A stretch of 64,000 nucleotides of DNA from Planctomycetota bacterium. GTDB lineage: Bacteria > Planctomycetota > UBA1135 > UBA2386. This document shows, piece by piece, positions 9,148 to 18,537 of this stretch. The stretch lies in the NCBI GenBank assembly GCA_046290465.1, contig JBKAGP010000001.1, forward strand, positions 3,904,001 to 3,968,000, written 5' to 3'. Numbering within the stretch: the stretch's first letter is position 1; every line of letters begins with the position of its first letter. Under the pieces are notes generated by a model that saw nothing but the letters and a program-made list of their open reading frames with translations, had not been told where the DNA came from and made no database searches. Both the position numbers and the translations under genes were made by a program.

Positions 9148-10971
9148 CTATTCCGCGGACCCGGACCTCAACTCGTCCTGGTGCTCAATCGCGTAGAGGT
9201 GCATCGCGACCGTCTGCCGCCACTGGCAGGCGAAGAAGGCGCTGTTGAGTTCTTCGAGGCGCTGCTCGATCTGGTCGTAGCGACTGCCGATCGCCGCCTG
9301 CCGTGCGCTGCTGTCGACCGGCAGATCTTCATCGGGCGCGATTTCGTGCATCGCGGCCATCCAGATGTCGCGCACGGCAGTCGGCACGATCTCATCAAGC
9401 GCCGGCTTCAGCACCTGCATGTCCTCTTCGTCGAGACACATGAAGGCATGCTCCAATCCGCCATTGCACGCGAAACTGGTGGCCACCGAGAGGGTGGCCA
9501 ACATCCGCTGGCGGTGCGTCGTGCCGCGGCCGCCGAACGACCAGTCCTGGGGTGCGGTGAGCCGCTCACCGAGCATCCTGGCAGCCTCGTCACTGACCTC
9601 TTGCAACTCCATCGCGATCGCTTCGCGCAGCAGCTGTTCTGCGTCGACCACGCCACGCTGGCACAGCTTCGCCAGCGCCCGCACGAACGCCAGGCGCGAG
9701 TAGCGGGCCGCGCTCTCACGCGTCCATAGACGCATCGCTGCTTCGTCTCCGAAGTACGCCGGCGCGCGCGCAAGCAGGTCGCGGAGATCGTCCTCTGGCA
9801 CGTCCGCAAACTCCTGCAGCCGCCAGCACCAGTACCATGCGCCGCGGTCGCGCGCCGTTCGCCACAGCCCAAGCAGTTGTTCGCCAGGGACAGACTGCCC
9901 GGCCTCGGCGATCGCTACGAGGGCGCGCAGTGACGTCTCGTCGAGGTCGCGAGCCTGTTCGGCGAGCTGCCGCGGCAGATCCGGGCGTCGTGACAACAAC
10001 ACCAGCGACGCGGGGGCACACGCGTTCTCGGCCTCCAGGCACCTCCACAACGACGGCTCCAGCTCGGCGAACAGCTCGTCGCCGAGCCGGCCAGACTTGG
10101 CCGCGTCATCCAGCCCCCTGGCCACGTAGTCGCCATGCTCACCGAGCAGTTCGCCCGCCAACGTCGACCCGAGCTCCGGATCGCCGCTCGCGGCCATGAG
10201 CTGCAGCACGCGGCGTCGCTGGTCTGCTTCAACGTGCGGCAGACACGCGGACAGTCGCGGCCCCGAACGAGCCAGCAACGACTCGGGCAGCTGCCCGATC
10301 AACATGGCCAGCGCCTCCGGATTCCGTCGAAACGCAGGATCGCCGAGCGCCCGGAACACCGCCATGCCGAAGTGCTCCGGCTGCGCCAGCAACCTCTGCC
10401 GGATCATCTCGACGCCGTCCCCGTCCAGCAGTCCGGCGACCATCGAATCTGGATCGGGCGGCTGCTCACGATCCTGCTGCAGCAATCTGTCGCGCGCTGC
10501 GAAGAACCCGGCAACGCCCTGCGCTGCCTCCGGATTCGATATCCAGTCCCCGTAGCTACCGGGCTCTCGCCACGGTAGGCGCAGCCGGGCCCACGCGAGG
10601 TAGCCGCCCGTGGCCACGAGCCAGGCTGCTGCAAGGACAACCGGGATGTCGGGGGCGAGCGTGCCACGCAACACGAACCACACCAGGAAGACGAACTGCG
10701 CGACGACCGTGAACAGCAGCCAGCTGACTCCTTCGCGCAGCCCCTGCCGGACCCGAATCGCGCTCCAGACGTAGACGATGGGGAACCCGAGACTCGACAG
10801 CGGAGGGGGCTCTTCGGCGAACTGGCCGACCAGCACGAGAACGACCCGCAGACAGCCGTGGATCAGGAACAGCCAGTTCAACAGCCTCAGAACCAGAGGC
10901 AGCTTCTTGTAGGCGAGACGCACGCGCGCAGGATCCTCGCCCGAACGGGAAGACGCAAGAGCAGGCGGCAC
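9148..10971 (-). CDS. Membrane protein with helical repeats and C-terminal DMP19/DUF4375-like domain
   Basis: About 4 N-terminal TM segments; C-terminal NGGLEHAF...ALDEI...LEELNSAFF...YAIEH pattern. Confidence 0.65.
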   Translation of the reverse strand: MPPALASSRSGEDPARVRLAYKKLPLVLRLLNWLFLIHGCLRVVLVLVGQFAEEPPPLSSLGFPIVYVWSAIRVRQGLREGVSWLLFTVVAQFVFLVWFVLRGTLAPDIPVVLAAAWLVATGGYLAWARLRLPWREPGSYGDWISNPEAAQGVAGFFAARDRLLQQDREQPPDPDSMVAGLLDGDGVEMIRQRLLAQPEHFGMAVFRALGDPAFRRNPEALAMLIGQLPESLLARSGPRLSACLPHVEADQRRRVLQLMAASGDPELGSTLAGELLGEHGDYVARGLDDAAKSGRLGDELFAELEPSLWRCLEAENACAPASLVLLSRRPDLPRQLAEQARDLDETSLRALVAIAEAGQSVPGEQLLGLWRTARDRGAWYWCWRLQEFADVPEDDLRDLLARAPAYFGDEAAMRLWTRESAARYSRLAFVRALAKLCQRGVVDAEQLLREAIAMELQEVSDEAARMLGERLTAPQDWSFGGRGTTHRQRMLATLSVATSFACNGGLEHAFMCLDEEDMQVLKPALDEIVPTAVRDIWMAAMHEIAPDEDLPVDSSARQAAIGSRYDQIEQRLEELNSAFFACQWRQTVAMHLYAIEHQDELRSGSAE

Positions 10972-11132
10972 GCGACGGCGTTACGCCGCTTTCTGTATTG
11001 CCGCCCACGGTCACGCCGGATCCATACAAAAATCAGGTTCGTCACGTAACGGTGCACGGCCGACGGGCGCCCTTGCCATCGGTGTGTGAGTTGCACACCG
11101 CATCACTTCTAGAACCGCAAGGAACCCATCCC

Positions 11133-11786
11133 ATGAAGCTCATCGCTTCCATCCTCGCCGCCGCGACCGTCGCCGGTGGTCTCTCCGCCCAGAACCAGAT
11201 CGACGTCTCGCTGAGCGGCGGCTGGACGGCCACGCCGTGCTGCCTGCAGCAGATCAACAACTTCTCGTCGAACAACGGCGCCGGCGTCTTCCTGCAAGGC
11301 GGCGCGAGCGCCGAGGTCGGCACGACGCTGTGCACCAACGACACGATCGCCCGCGCGTCGATCCAGGGCCTGCACCAGGGCACCGGCTCGCACAGCGACG
11401 GTCGTCAAGCCGTCGTCGGCTGCAGCGAGTTCTACACGCGCCCGACGCCGGGCAACGTCTACTGCGTGCTCAACGCGCAGCCGATCAGCCCGTCGGCCAA
11501 CCTGCAGGGCACCGGCTACTCGGGCTCGGCGCTCGGCACGGTCATCGTGACCTGCCCGCTGTTCGGCAACCAGACGGCCAGCGCGGTCGCCGATGCGGTG
11601 CCGCCGCCGGCCTTCCCGACGATGCAGACCCTGCCGGTCTCGGCCACGGGCACCGCGTCCAACGTCACGTCGTTCCAGGTCGACATGGACGCCGGCTCGC
11701 GCTGCTGGGGCCAACTGACCGACCTCGGCAGCGGCATCCAGCTGTTCGCCGGCGCCGACGCCTCGGGCACCGTCACCCTGTTCTGA
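11133..11786 (+). CDS. Secreted Cys/Gly/Ser/Thr-rich protein
   Basis: AAGGA RBS, signal GLSA|Q, 7 Cys, terminal Phe. Confidence 0.85.
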   Translation: MKLIASILAAATVAGGLSAQNQIDVSLSGGWTATPCCLQQINNFSSNNGAGVFLQGGASAEVGTTLCTNDTIARASIQGLHQGTGSHSDGRQAVVGCSEFYTRPTPGNVYCVLNAQPISPSANLQGTGYSGSALGTVIVTCPLFGNQTASAVADAVPPPAFPTMQTLPVSATGTASNVTSFQVDMDAGSRCWGQLTDLGSGIQLFAGADASGTVTLF

Positions 11787-13966
11787 TGAACACCCGCCCC
11801 GAAGTCCGTCGGGTCGCGCTGTTCGTGGCCGTCGCGGTGAGCGCCCTCGCGCTCGCCGTGCTCGGCCTGCGCGACACCGGGTCCCCGCTGCCGGCCAACG
11901 CCGCCGCGCAGGAGCTCCCGCCGGAGCGCGCCGAACGACCGCACAGCGCCCCGATCGGCTCCGATCCGGGCACGAAGCCGGCATCGGCGCCGCTGCAGCG
12001 CGCCGACGGCAGCGGGACCACCCGGCGACTTCGGGTCGTCTCGGCAGCGGAACTCGCACCGCTGCCGGGATGTGATCTGACCTTGGTCGGTCCGCAGGGC
12101 GCCACGCGCACCCTGCGCACCGACGACGACGGCCACGCGCCGTGGCCCGACGCGCTGGCCGCCGGGCGCGCCGTCGTCACCGTCGAGCACGAAGGCTACG
12201 CGCCGCTGCGCGGCCACCTGACGGCGCCGAGCGCCGACGGTGAGGTCGTGCTCGCACTCGAGCTGGCCGGACGCGTCGAGATCGCCGTCGTCGACCGGGA
12301 CGGCCGGCCCGTCGCCGACATCGGGGTGGCGCTGCTGCCGCCTGCCTGCGACGGCGCGGCCGACTGGTCGCGGGAATGGCCGACCGTTCGCGCCAATGGC
12401 GTGCCGGCGATCGAAGGGGCGCTGCTGCCGCAGCTGCGCGCCGGGGTCGACGGGATCGTCCGGGCCGGTGCGGCGACCGTGCGGCCGCGCGAGCTGCCCG
12501 CGATCGAACTGCCGACGCGGGTCGCATGCGCGCACGGCTGGACCGCGACCAGCGACCGCGACGGGATCGCGCGCTTCGACGACGTCGCCACCGGCACCGG
12601 CTATCGCTTCGGCGTGCTCGGCGCGACGCACGTCCGCGTCGAGCCGGCCAACGAGCGCACGCGCCTGACCGTCACCCCGCGCGGCGTGCGCGTCGGGGCC
12701 CCCGCGCCGTTCAACCTGTCGGGGACGCTCGACGTCGTCGCGCAGGAGACCGCCCGCGGCCACGCGACCACGCTCGGCTCGTGCGCCGTGCACGGCAGGA
12801 TCACCGGCGTCGGCGCGCAGGGCGTGCTGGTCAAGCTGGCCCGCATCTCGCAGGCGGGTGGCGGTGACAGCGGCGTCGAGGCGGTCACCGCGATCGATGC
12901 AGAACGGACCAGCCAGTCGAGCGACGGCGCGTTCCGGTTCGAGAACGTGCGCCCCGGCATCTTCGCGCTGCGCGCCTGCTGGCTGCGCGGCCAGCAGGAC
13001 ATCCACTTCGTCAGCACGACCCTGCGCCTCGATGCGGAGGACGACGTCGACCTCGGCGCACTGGCGCCGATGGACGGTGCGCGGGCGACCGTGCGCGTCG
13101 ACCTGAGCGCGGGCGGCCAGCCGGTTGCGGCCACCGACGTGTTCGACGAGGCCGCGAGCTACGAGGCGGTGCTGACGATCGCGTTCCAGCCGGACAGCCA
13201 GACCGTCGCCGACGCCGTCACCGAGTTCGCGCGGGTCCCGTTCGGCAGCGAGTTTGTGCTGCACGGCGTGCCGAGCGGCAGCCTCAAGCTGCAGGCGCGG
13301 CCGGCGCCGGGGCTCGCGCCGCGGGCGTCGGTGCAGCGGGTCGACAGCAGCGGCGTGGTCGAGGACCGCGTCGAACGGCTCGGCGGCGGCACGGTCGTCG
13401 TCGCGGTGCCGGTCGTGCGTGGCGTGCCGCGCGTGTTCGACGTGCGCGGTCCCGACGGCGAAGAGGTGCCCGCGGTGCAGGTGCAGGTGCGCAACCGGAC
13501 CACCGGCCGCGTCGACGGGCTGCAGATCAGCGAGGCCGGTCGGGCCCCGATCGTCGAGCGGGTCGCCCGCTTCGAACCCGGTGTCTACGACGCGTGGCTC
13601 AGCCTGCAGCGCGGCGGCGTGTGGCTGGCGGCGGCGTTCGAGGTCGACGCGACCGACCCGGCTGCCGCCGTCGTGCACGTGACGCTCGAAGCTGCCGGCG
13701 AGGTGCGCGGCACGCTGGTCGATCCGCGCGGACGGCCGCTGCCCGACACGACGCTGCGCTGGACCCCGACGACCCTCGCCGGTTCGAGCATCTGGACGTT
13801 CCCGGTGCGCTCCGGCGCCGACGGCACGTTCGTGATCTCGGGCGTGCCGGCCGGCGTGCAGCTGGTCGCCGAGCATCGACCGGGCCTACCGCTGCCTGCG
13901 GCGGTCGCCGGGCAGGTGCTGCAGGCGGGCAACGTCGTGCTCGACCCGGCCGCGCAGCCGCGCTGA
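11786..13966 (+). CDS. Membrane-anchored carboxypeptidase-regulatory-like repeat protein
   Basis: TGATG coupling; N-terminal TM; VVDRDGRPV, GAFRFENVRPG, GTLVDPRGRPL motifs. Confidence 0.8.
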   Translation: MNTRPEVRRVALFVAVAVSALALAVLGLRDTGSPLPANAAAQELPPERAERPHSAPIGSDPGTKPASAPLQRADGSGTTRRLRVVSAAELAPLPGCDLTLVGPQGATRTLRTDDDGHAPWPDALAAGRAVVTVEHEGYAPLRGHLTAPSADGEVVLALELAGRVEIAVVDRDGRPVADIGVALLPPACDGAADWSREWPTVRANGVPAIEGALLPQLRAGVDGIVRAGAATVRPRELPAIELPTRVACAHGWTATSDRDGIARFDDVATGTGYRFGVLGATHVRVEPANERTRLTVTPRGVRVGAPAPFNLSGTLDVVAQETARGHATTLGSCAVHGRITGVGAQGVLVKLARISQAGGGDSGVEAVTAIDAERTSQSSDGAFRFENVRPGIFALRACWLRGQQDIHFVSTTLRLDAEDDVDLGALAPMDGARATVRVDLSAGGQPVAATDVFDEAASYEAVLTIAFQPDSQTVADAVTEFARVPFGSEFVLHGVPSGSLKLQARPAPGLAPRASVQRVDSSGVVEDRVERLGGGTVVVAVPVVRGVPRVFDVRGPDGEEVPAVQVQVRNRTTGRVDGLQISEAGRAPIVERVARFEPGVYDAWLSLQRGGVWLAAAFEVDATDPAAAVVHVTLEAAGEVRGTLVDPRGRPLPDTTLRWTPTTLAGSSIWTFPVRSGADGTFVISGVPAGVQLVAEHRPGLPLPAAVAGQVLQAGNVVLDPAAQPR

Positions 13967-14029
13967 CGACGAAGCGTCGCCACAACGGGTCGACAGGACC
14001 GGGGTGCAACGGCAACACTCGACGCCGAC

Positions 14030-14629
14030 ATGCCCACCCCCGAAGACGTGCTCTCGTTCTGGTTCGGTCCGATCGCCGAGGACGGCAGCTGCTCGCCCGC
14101 GTTCGTCAAGCGATGGTGGGCCAAGGACGAGGGCTTCGACCGCGAGGTGACGCAGCGGTTCGGCGCCGTCATCGCCGCCGCCGAGGCGGGCCGACTGGCG
14201 AGCTGGCGCGACACGCCGCGCGGGCTGCTGGCCCTGGTGATCCTGTGCGACCAGATGACGCGCAACAGCCGCCGCGGCAGCGGCGCGATGTACGACGCCG
14301 ACCCGCTGGCGCAGGACCTCCTGCGGCTGGCGATCCAACGCGGCGACCCCGAGCAGCTGCGCACGATGGAACGCTACTTCCTCTACATGCCGCTGATGCA
14401 CGCCGAGTCGCGCGAGCTGCAGCAGCAGGGGGTCGAGCGCTTCGACCAACTGGCGGCCACGGCCGAACCCGGCGCGCGCGACGCGGCGGCGGCCGCCGCC
14501 GACTACATGCGCCGGCACGAGGCGATCGTCGCGCGCTTCGGTCGCTTCCCCCACCGCAACGAGCTGCTCGGTCGCACCAGCACCGACGAAGAACGCGAGT
14601 TCCTGAAGCAGCCGGGGTCGAGCTTCTAG
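14030..14629 (+). CDS. DUF924 family protein
   Basis: VLSFWFG, LCDQMTRN, FLYMPLMHAES, RFGRFPHRN motifs. Confidence 0.95.
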   Translation: MPTPEDVLSFWFGPIAEDGSCSPAFVKRWWAKDEGFDREVTQRFGAVIAAAEAGRLASWRDTPRGLLALVILCDQMTRNSRRGSGAMYDADPLAQDLLRLAIQRGDPEQLRTMERYFLYMPLMHAESRELQQQGVERFDQLAATAEPGARDAAAAAADYMRRHEAIVARFGRFPHRNELLGRTSTDEEREFLKQPGSSF

Positions 14630-14738
14630 CGGCATCGCGGGGGGCATTGCGCGATCGGCCGGGATCGACCTACGATCGCGGCAGAAGGAGCCGGTCCCCT
14701 GGCAGCCACGTCGGCCGCAGCGGAACCCGACCAATCGC

Positions 14739-15719
14739 ATGGAGCCCATCAAGCAATCTCTGATCGCGCTGCTCGCCACTGCCCCTCTGTGCGCGCAGCT
14801 GCAGATCGACGAGATCCTGGTCAACCCGGTCGGCCCCAACGCCGGCAACCAGCTGATCGAGCTGCGCAACACCACCGGGTCGCTCAACCTAGACGGCTGG
14901 CAACTCGTCACCGGAGCCAACGTGCTCGCGTTGCCTTCTGTCTCGGTGCCGATCTATGGCGTCGTGCTGGTGCACCTCGGCGCCGCCGGCACCAACACCT
15001 CGAGCGACGTCTACTTCCCCAACGCGGCACCGCTGAGCACGTCGGACTCGATCGCGCTGTTCCGAGACGTGCCGATCACGGCGCCGACCAACCTGGTCGA
15101 CTTCGTGTCGTTCGGCGGCGGCACCACGACGCTGCAGCTCGCGCTGCAGATGGTGCTGTGGGCGGGACCGCAGGCGACGATCCCGGTACCGCAGGGGCAA
15201 GGGGTGACGATGGCGCGCCTGGACAACCCCGGCATCCCGTCGCGCAGCCCGAAGAGCTGGTACTGGGACCACACCCCGACGCTGGGCTCGCGCAACGACC
15301 ACGGCCTCGTCCAGACGATCGGCGGATCCGCTGCCTGCCTCGGCCTTGGCACACCGGTCCCGGCGGCGCGGCTGGTAACGCGTCGCCAGGCCAACTTGCC
15401 GTGGATCGGTGAGACCTGGGACCTCGAGCTCGAGGAGCTGCCGCCCAACCCGTCGACGATGGTGCTGGCACTCGGCACGACGACCTCGATCACTGCGTTC
15501 CTGCCGGCTCCGGGGATCACCTGCCTCACGTCGATGACGCCGTTTGCCATCGCGTCGTTTCCGCTGGCGGCCAACACCGACTCGGTGCTCGTGCCGGTGC
15601 CCGACCTGCCGGCGCTCGTTGGCCTCGAGCTGGCGGTGCAGGCGTTCGTCGACAGCTACGCGACGGCGTTCCCGATCGGCGCGACGCCGACGATGCGGGT
15701 CGTGCTCGGCTCTCGCTGA
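14739..15719 (+). CDS. Secreted lamin-tail-domain protein with shared C-terminal domain
   Basis: IDEILVNP...IELRN...LDGWQL and TPTLG motifs; C-terminal VPDLPALVGLELAVQA. Confidence 0.8.
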   Translation: MEPIKQSLIALLATAPLCAQLQIDEILVNPVGPNAGNQLIELRNTTGSLNLDGWQLVTGANVLALPSVSVPIYGVVLVHLGAAGTNTSSDVYFPNAAPLSTSDSIALFRDVPITAPTNLVDFVSFGGGTTTLQLALQMVLWAGPQATIPVPQGQGVTMARLDNPGIPSRSPKSWYWDHTPTLGSRNDHGLVQTIGGSAACLGLGTPVPAARLVTRRQANLPWIGETWDLELEELPPNPSTMVLALGTTTSITAFLPAPGITCLTSMTPFAIASFPLAANTDSVLVPVPDLPALVGLELAVQAFVDSYATAFPIGATPTMRVVLGSR

Positions 15720-15737
15720 CCGCGGTAAGGTGGCAGC

Positions 15738-16754
15738 GTGATCCCCAACGCGCAGATCGTGCTGCCCGCCCGCCCGTTCGCCGAGACGCTCGCGTTCTTC
15801 CGCGAACGGCTCGGCATGCGCCTGCTGACGATCCGCCCTGCAGAGCAACCGATCACCGCGCTGGTCGCGGGCGGCGGCGTCCGGCTGCTGCTGGACGCGA
15901 CCCACGACGGCGACCCCGGCACGCTGCGCCTCGAGGCCGAGCGCGACGAGGACCTGCTCGCGCCCAACGGCACCCGCATCCAGCGGCGCGCGATCGCCGC
16001 GACCTCGGTGCCCCGTCCCACCGGCGCGCCGACCGTCGTCGGCCGGGCACGTCGCGACGACTGGACCGTCGGCCGCGCCGGCATGCAGTATCGCGACCTG
16101 ATCCCGGGCCGACTCGGCGGCCACCTGATCGCCTCGCACATCCGCATCCAGCACGGCGGCCCGGTGCCGGACGACGTGCACTTCCACGACATCTCGTTCC
16201 AGCTGATCCACTGCCTGCGCGGCTGGGTTCGCGTCGACTACGAGAACCCCGGCGGCGAGGTCGAACTGCGTGCCGGCGAGACGCTGCTGCAGCCGCCCGG
16301 GATCCGGCACCGCGTGCGGATGTGCTCCGACATGCTCGAGGTCGTAGAGATCACCAGCCCGGCCGAGCACCTGACGACGCTCGACCACGAGCTCGCGCTG
16401 CCCGACGCGACACTGGTCACGCACCGCCAATGGGACGGGCAGCAGTTCTTGCTGCATCGGCCATCGCTGCCGGGCGCGCCGCAGCCCGAACCCGAGGTCG
16501 ACTTCGAGCAGGCGACCGCCGGCCGCGTCCGCGTGCACCAGCTCGTCGCCGGAACGTCGGGCCGCATCGTCGGAGACCCCGCGTGCGTCGACTTCTTGTT
16601 CGTGCGTCGCGGCAGCGGCCGAATCACCATCGCCGACACCAGCCACGACCTGCCGGAGCACGGCGCGGCGACGCTGCCGCCCGGCCACACGGCCGACCTG
16701 CACGCGGCCGACGGCACGCTCGAAGCGCTGCACGTGCAGGCCGTCGTCGACTGA
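15738..16754 (+). CDS. VOC-like plus cupin domain protein
   Basis: GRAGMQYRDL, HFHDISFQ, QPPGIRH, EITSPAEH motifs. Confidence 0.85.
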   Translation: MIPNAQIVLPARPFAETLAFFRERLGMRLLTIRPAEQPITALVAGGGVRLLLDATHDGDPGTLRLEAERDEDLLAPNGTRIQRRAIAATSVPRPTGAPTVVGRARRDDWTVGRAGMQYRDLIPGRLGGHLIASHIRIQHGGPVPDDVHFHDISFQLIHCLRGWVRVDYENPGGEVELRAGETLLQPPGIRHRVRMCSDMLEVVEITSPAEHLTTLDHELALPDATLVTHRQWDGQQFLLHRPSLPGAPQPEPEVDFEQATAGRVRVHQLVAGTSGRIVGDPACVDFLFVRRGSGRITIADTSHDLPEHGAATLPPGHTADLHAADGTLEALHVQAVVD

Positions 16755-16762
16755 CGCCCCGC

Positions 16763-18109
16763 TCAGCCCTGCCAGGGCTCGCGCATCGTCACGAACTCCT
16801 CGGCCGCCGTCGGGTGGATGCCGATGGTCGCGTCGAAGGTCGCCTTGGTCGCGCCCGCCTTCAGCGCGATCGCGATGCCCTGGATGATCTCGCCCGCATC
16901 GGGCCCCATCATGTGCACGCCGACGACGCGGTCGGTGGCATCGTCGACGATCAGCTTCATCAACGTCTTCTCGTCGCGCCCGCTGATCGTGTGCTTCATC
17001 GGACGGAACGTCGACTTGTAGAGCGTGATGCGGTCGAACTCCTCGCGCGCACGCTCTTCGGTGAACCCGACCGTGCCGATGTTGGGCTGGCAGAACACCG
17101 CCGACGGCACGAACTCGTACTCGACCGGCCGGTCGACGCCGCCGAACTGCTTGCGCGCGAACGCCATGCCTTCGGCCAGCGCGACCGGCGTCAGCTCCAT
17201 GCCGCCGGTGACGTCCCCGACTGCGAAGATCGACGGCACCGCAGTGCGGAAGTCGCCGTCGACCTGGACGTAGCCGTCGTCGTCCTGCTCGACGCCGACG
17301 TTCTCGAGCCCGAGCCCGTCGGTGTTGGGCACGCGGCCGATCGCATAGAGCACCTGGTCGACCTCGACGTCGCTGCCGTCCGACAACCGGCACCGCAGCC
17401 CGCCTTGGGTCTTTTCGATCGAATCGACGATGACCTCGACGCGCAGATCGATGCCGGACTTGGGCAGCTCCTGCGCCGCGAACTCGCGCACGTCCCGGTC
17501 GAAGCCGCGCAGGAACAGCGGGCCGCGATACAGCTGGGTCACCTCGGCTCCGAGCCCGTTGAAGATGCCAGCGAACTCGACGGCGATGTAGCCGCCGCCC
17601 GCGATCAGGATGCGCCGCGGGAACTCCGGCAGGTCGAACACCTCGTTGGACGTGATGCCAAGCTCGGTGCCCGGCCGCGTATCGCGCCGCGGCCAGCCGC
17701 CGGTCGCGATCAGGATCTTGTCGGCGGTGATCCGCCGACCGCCCACCTCGACCTCGTTGGGCCCGACGATGCTGGCACGTCCGTGGATCACTTCGGCGCC
17801 GGCGTTGCCGAGCATCTTGTCGTAGATGCCGTTGAGCCGCGCGATCTCGTCCTTCTTGTTGTCACGCAGCGTGTGCCAGTCGAACGACGGCGTCTGCGCC
17901 GACCACCCGAACCCGCGCGCGTCCTCGAACGCATGGCGGAACTCGGACGCGTAGACGTAGAGCTTCTTGGGCACGCAACCGACGTTGACGCACGTGCCGC
18001 CGAGGTAGCGATCCTCGGCGATCGCGACGTTGGCGCCGAAGCCAGCGGCCATGCGGGCCGCGCGCACCCCGCCCGAACCGGCGCCGATGACGAACAGGTC
18101 GTAGTCCAT
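16763..18109 (-). CDS. gor: Glutathione-disulfide reductase
   Basis: GAGSGG FAD motif, GGTCVNVGCVPKK redox disulfide, GGGYIAVEF, C-terminal HPTAAEEFVTMR. Confidence 0.93.
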   Translation of the reverse strand: MDYDLFVIGAGSGGVRAARMAAGFGANVAIAEDRYLGGTCVNVGCVPKKLYVYASEFRHAFEDARGFGWSAQTPSFDWHTLRDNKKDEIARLNGIYDKMLGNAGAEVIHGRASIVGPNEVEVGGRRITADKILIATGGWPRRDTRPGTELGITSNEVFDLPEFPRRILIAGGGYIAVEFAGIFNGLGAEVTQLYRGPLFLRGFDRDVREFAAQELPKSGIDLRVEVIVDSIEKTQGGLRCRLSDGSDVEVDQVLYAIGRVPNTDGLGLENVGVEQDDDGYVQVDGDFRTAVPSIFAVGDVTGGMELTPVALAEGMAFARKQFGGVDRPVEYEFVPSAVFCQPNIGTVGFTEERAREEFDRITLYKSTFRPMKHTISGRDEKTLMKLIVDDATDRVVGVHMMGPDAGEIIQGIAIALKAGATKATFDATIGIHPTAAEEFVTMREPWQG

Positions 18110-18233
18110 GGGGACGTCGTAGCGCGCCGGCCGCGCGTAGGAAAGCGGGGCATTGTGACACGCTGCCCAACGCGCCGCGGGGTTCCGCAATCCTCACGAA
18201 ATACGCGGCCCATCCCTTCATTGCACATCCGTC

Positions 18234-18461
18234 ATGCACGACCACGAAACCCGCCCCGCCGAACCGGACGCGGACCGCAAGGGCGGCGGGCGGTTCTCGA
18301 TCGCGGTCGCCGTCGTGCTGCTGATCATGACCACCGGCGGATTCGGCATTCCGATGGGTGCGATCTTCGACGACTTCCCGTTCGGCCTGATGATCGGCGC
18401 GGCGGTCGGCACGGTCATGGCGACCGGGGTCTACTGGTTCGCGCTTCGCAACCGCGGGTGA
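18234..18461 (+). CDS. Small two-TM membrane protein
   Basis: 75-aa ORF with two hydrophobic segments and GC3-rich codons. Confidence 0.6.
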   Translation: MHDHETRPAEPDADRKGGGRFSIAVAVVLLIMTTGGFGIPMGAIFDDFPFGLMIGAAVGTVMATGVYWFALRNRG

Positions 18462-18537
18462 TCGGGCGCGTCGGGGGCGCCACCGAGCAGGTCCCACTGC
18501 CCCCCCACGTGTCCTGCCGCACCCGAACGGCTACCGT

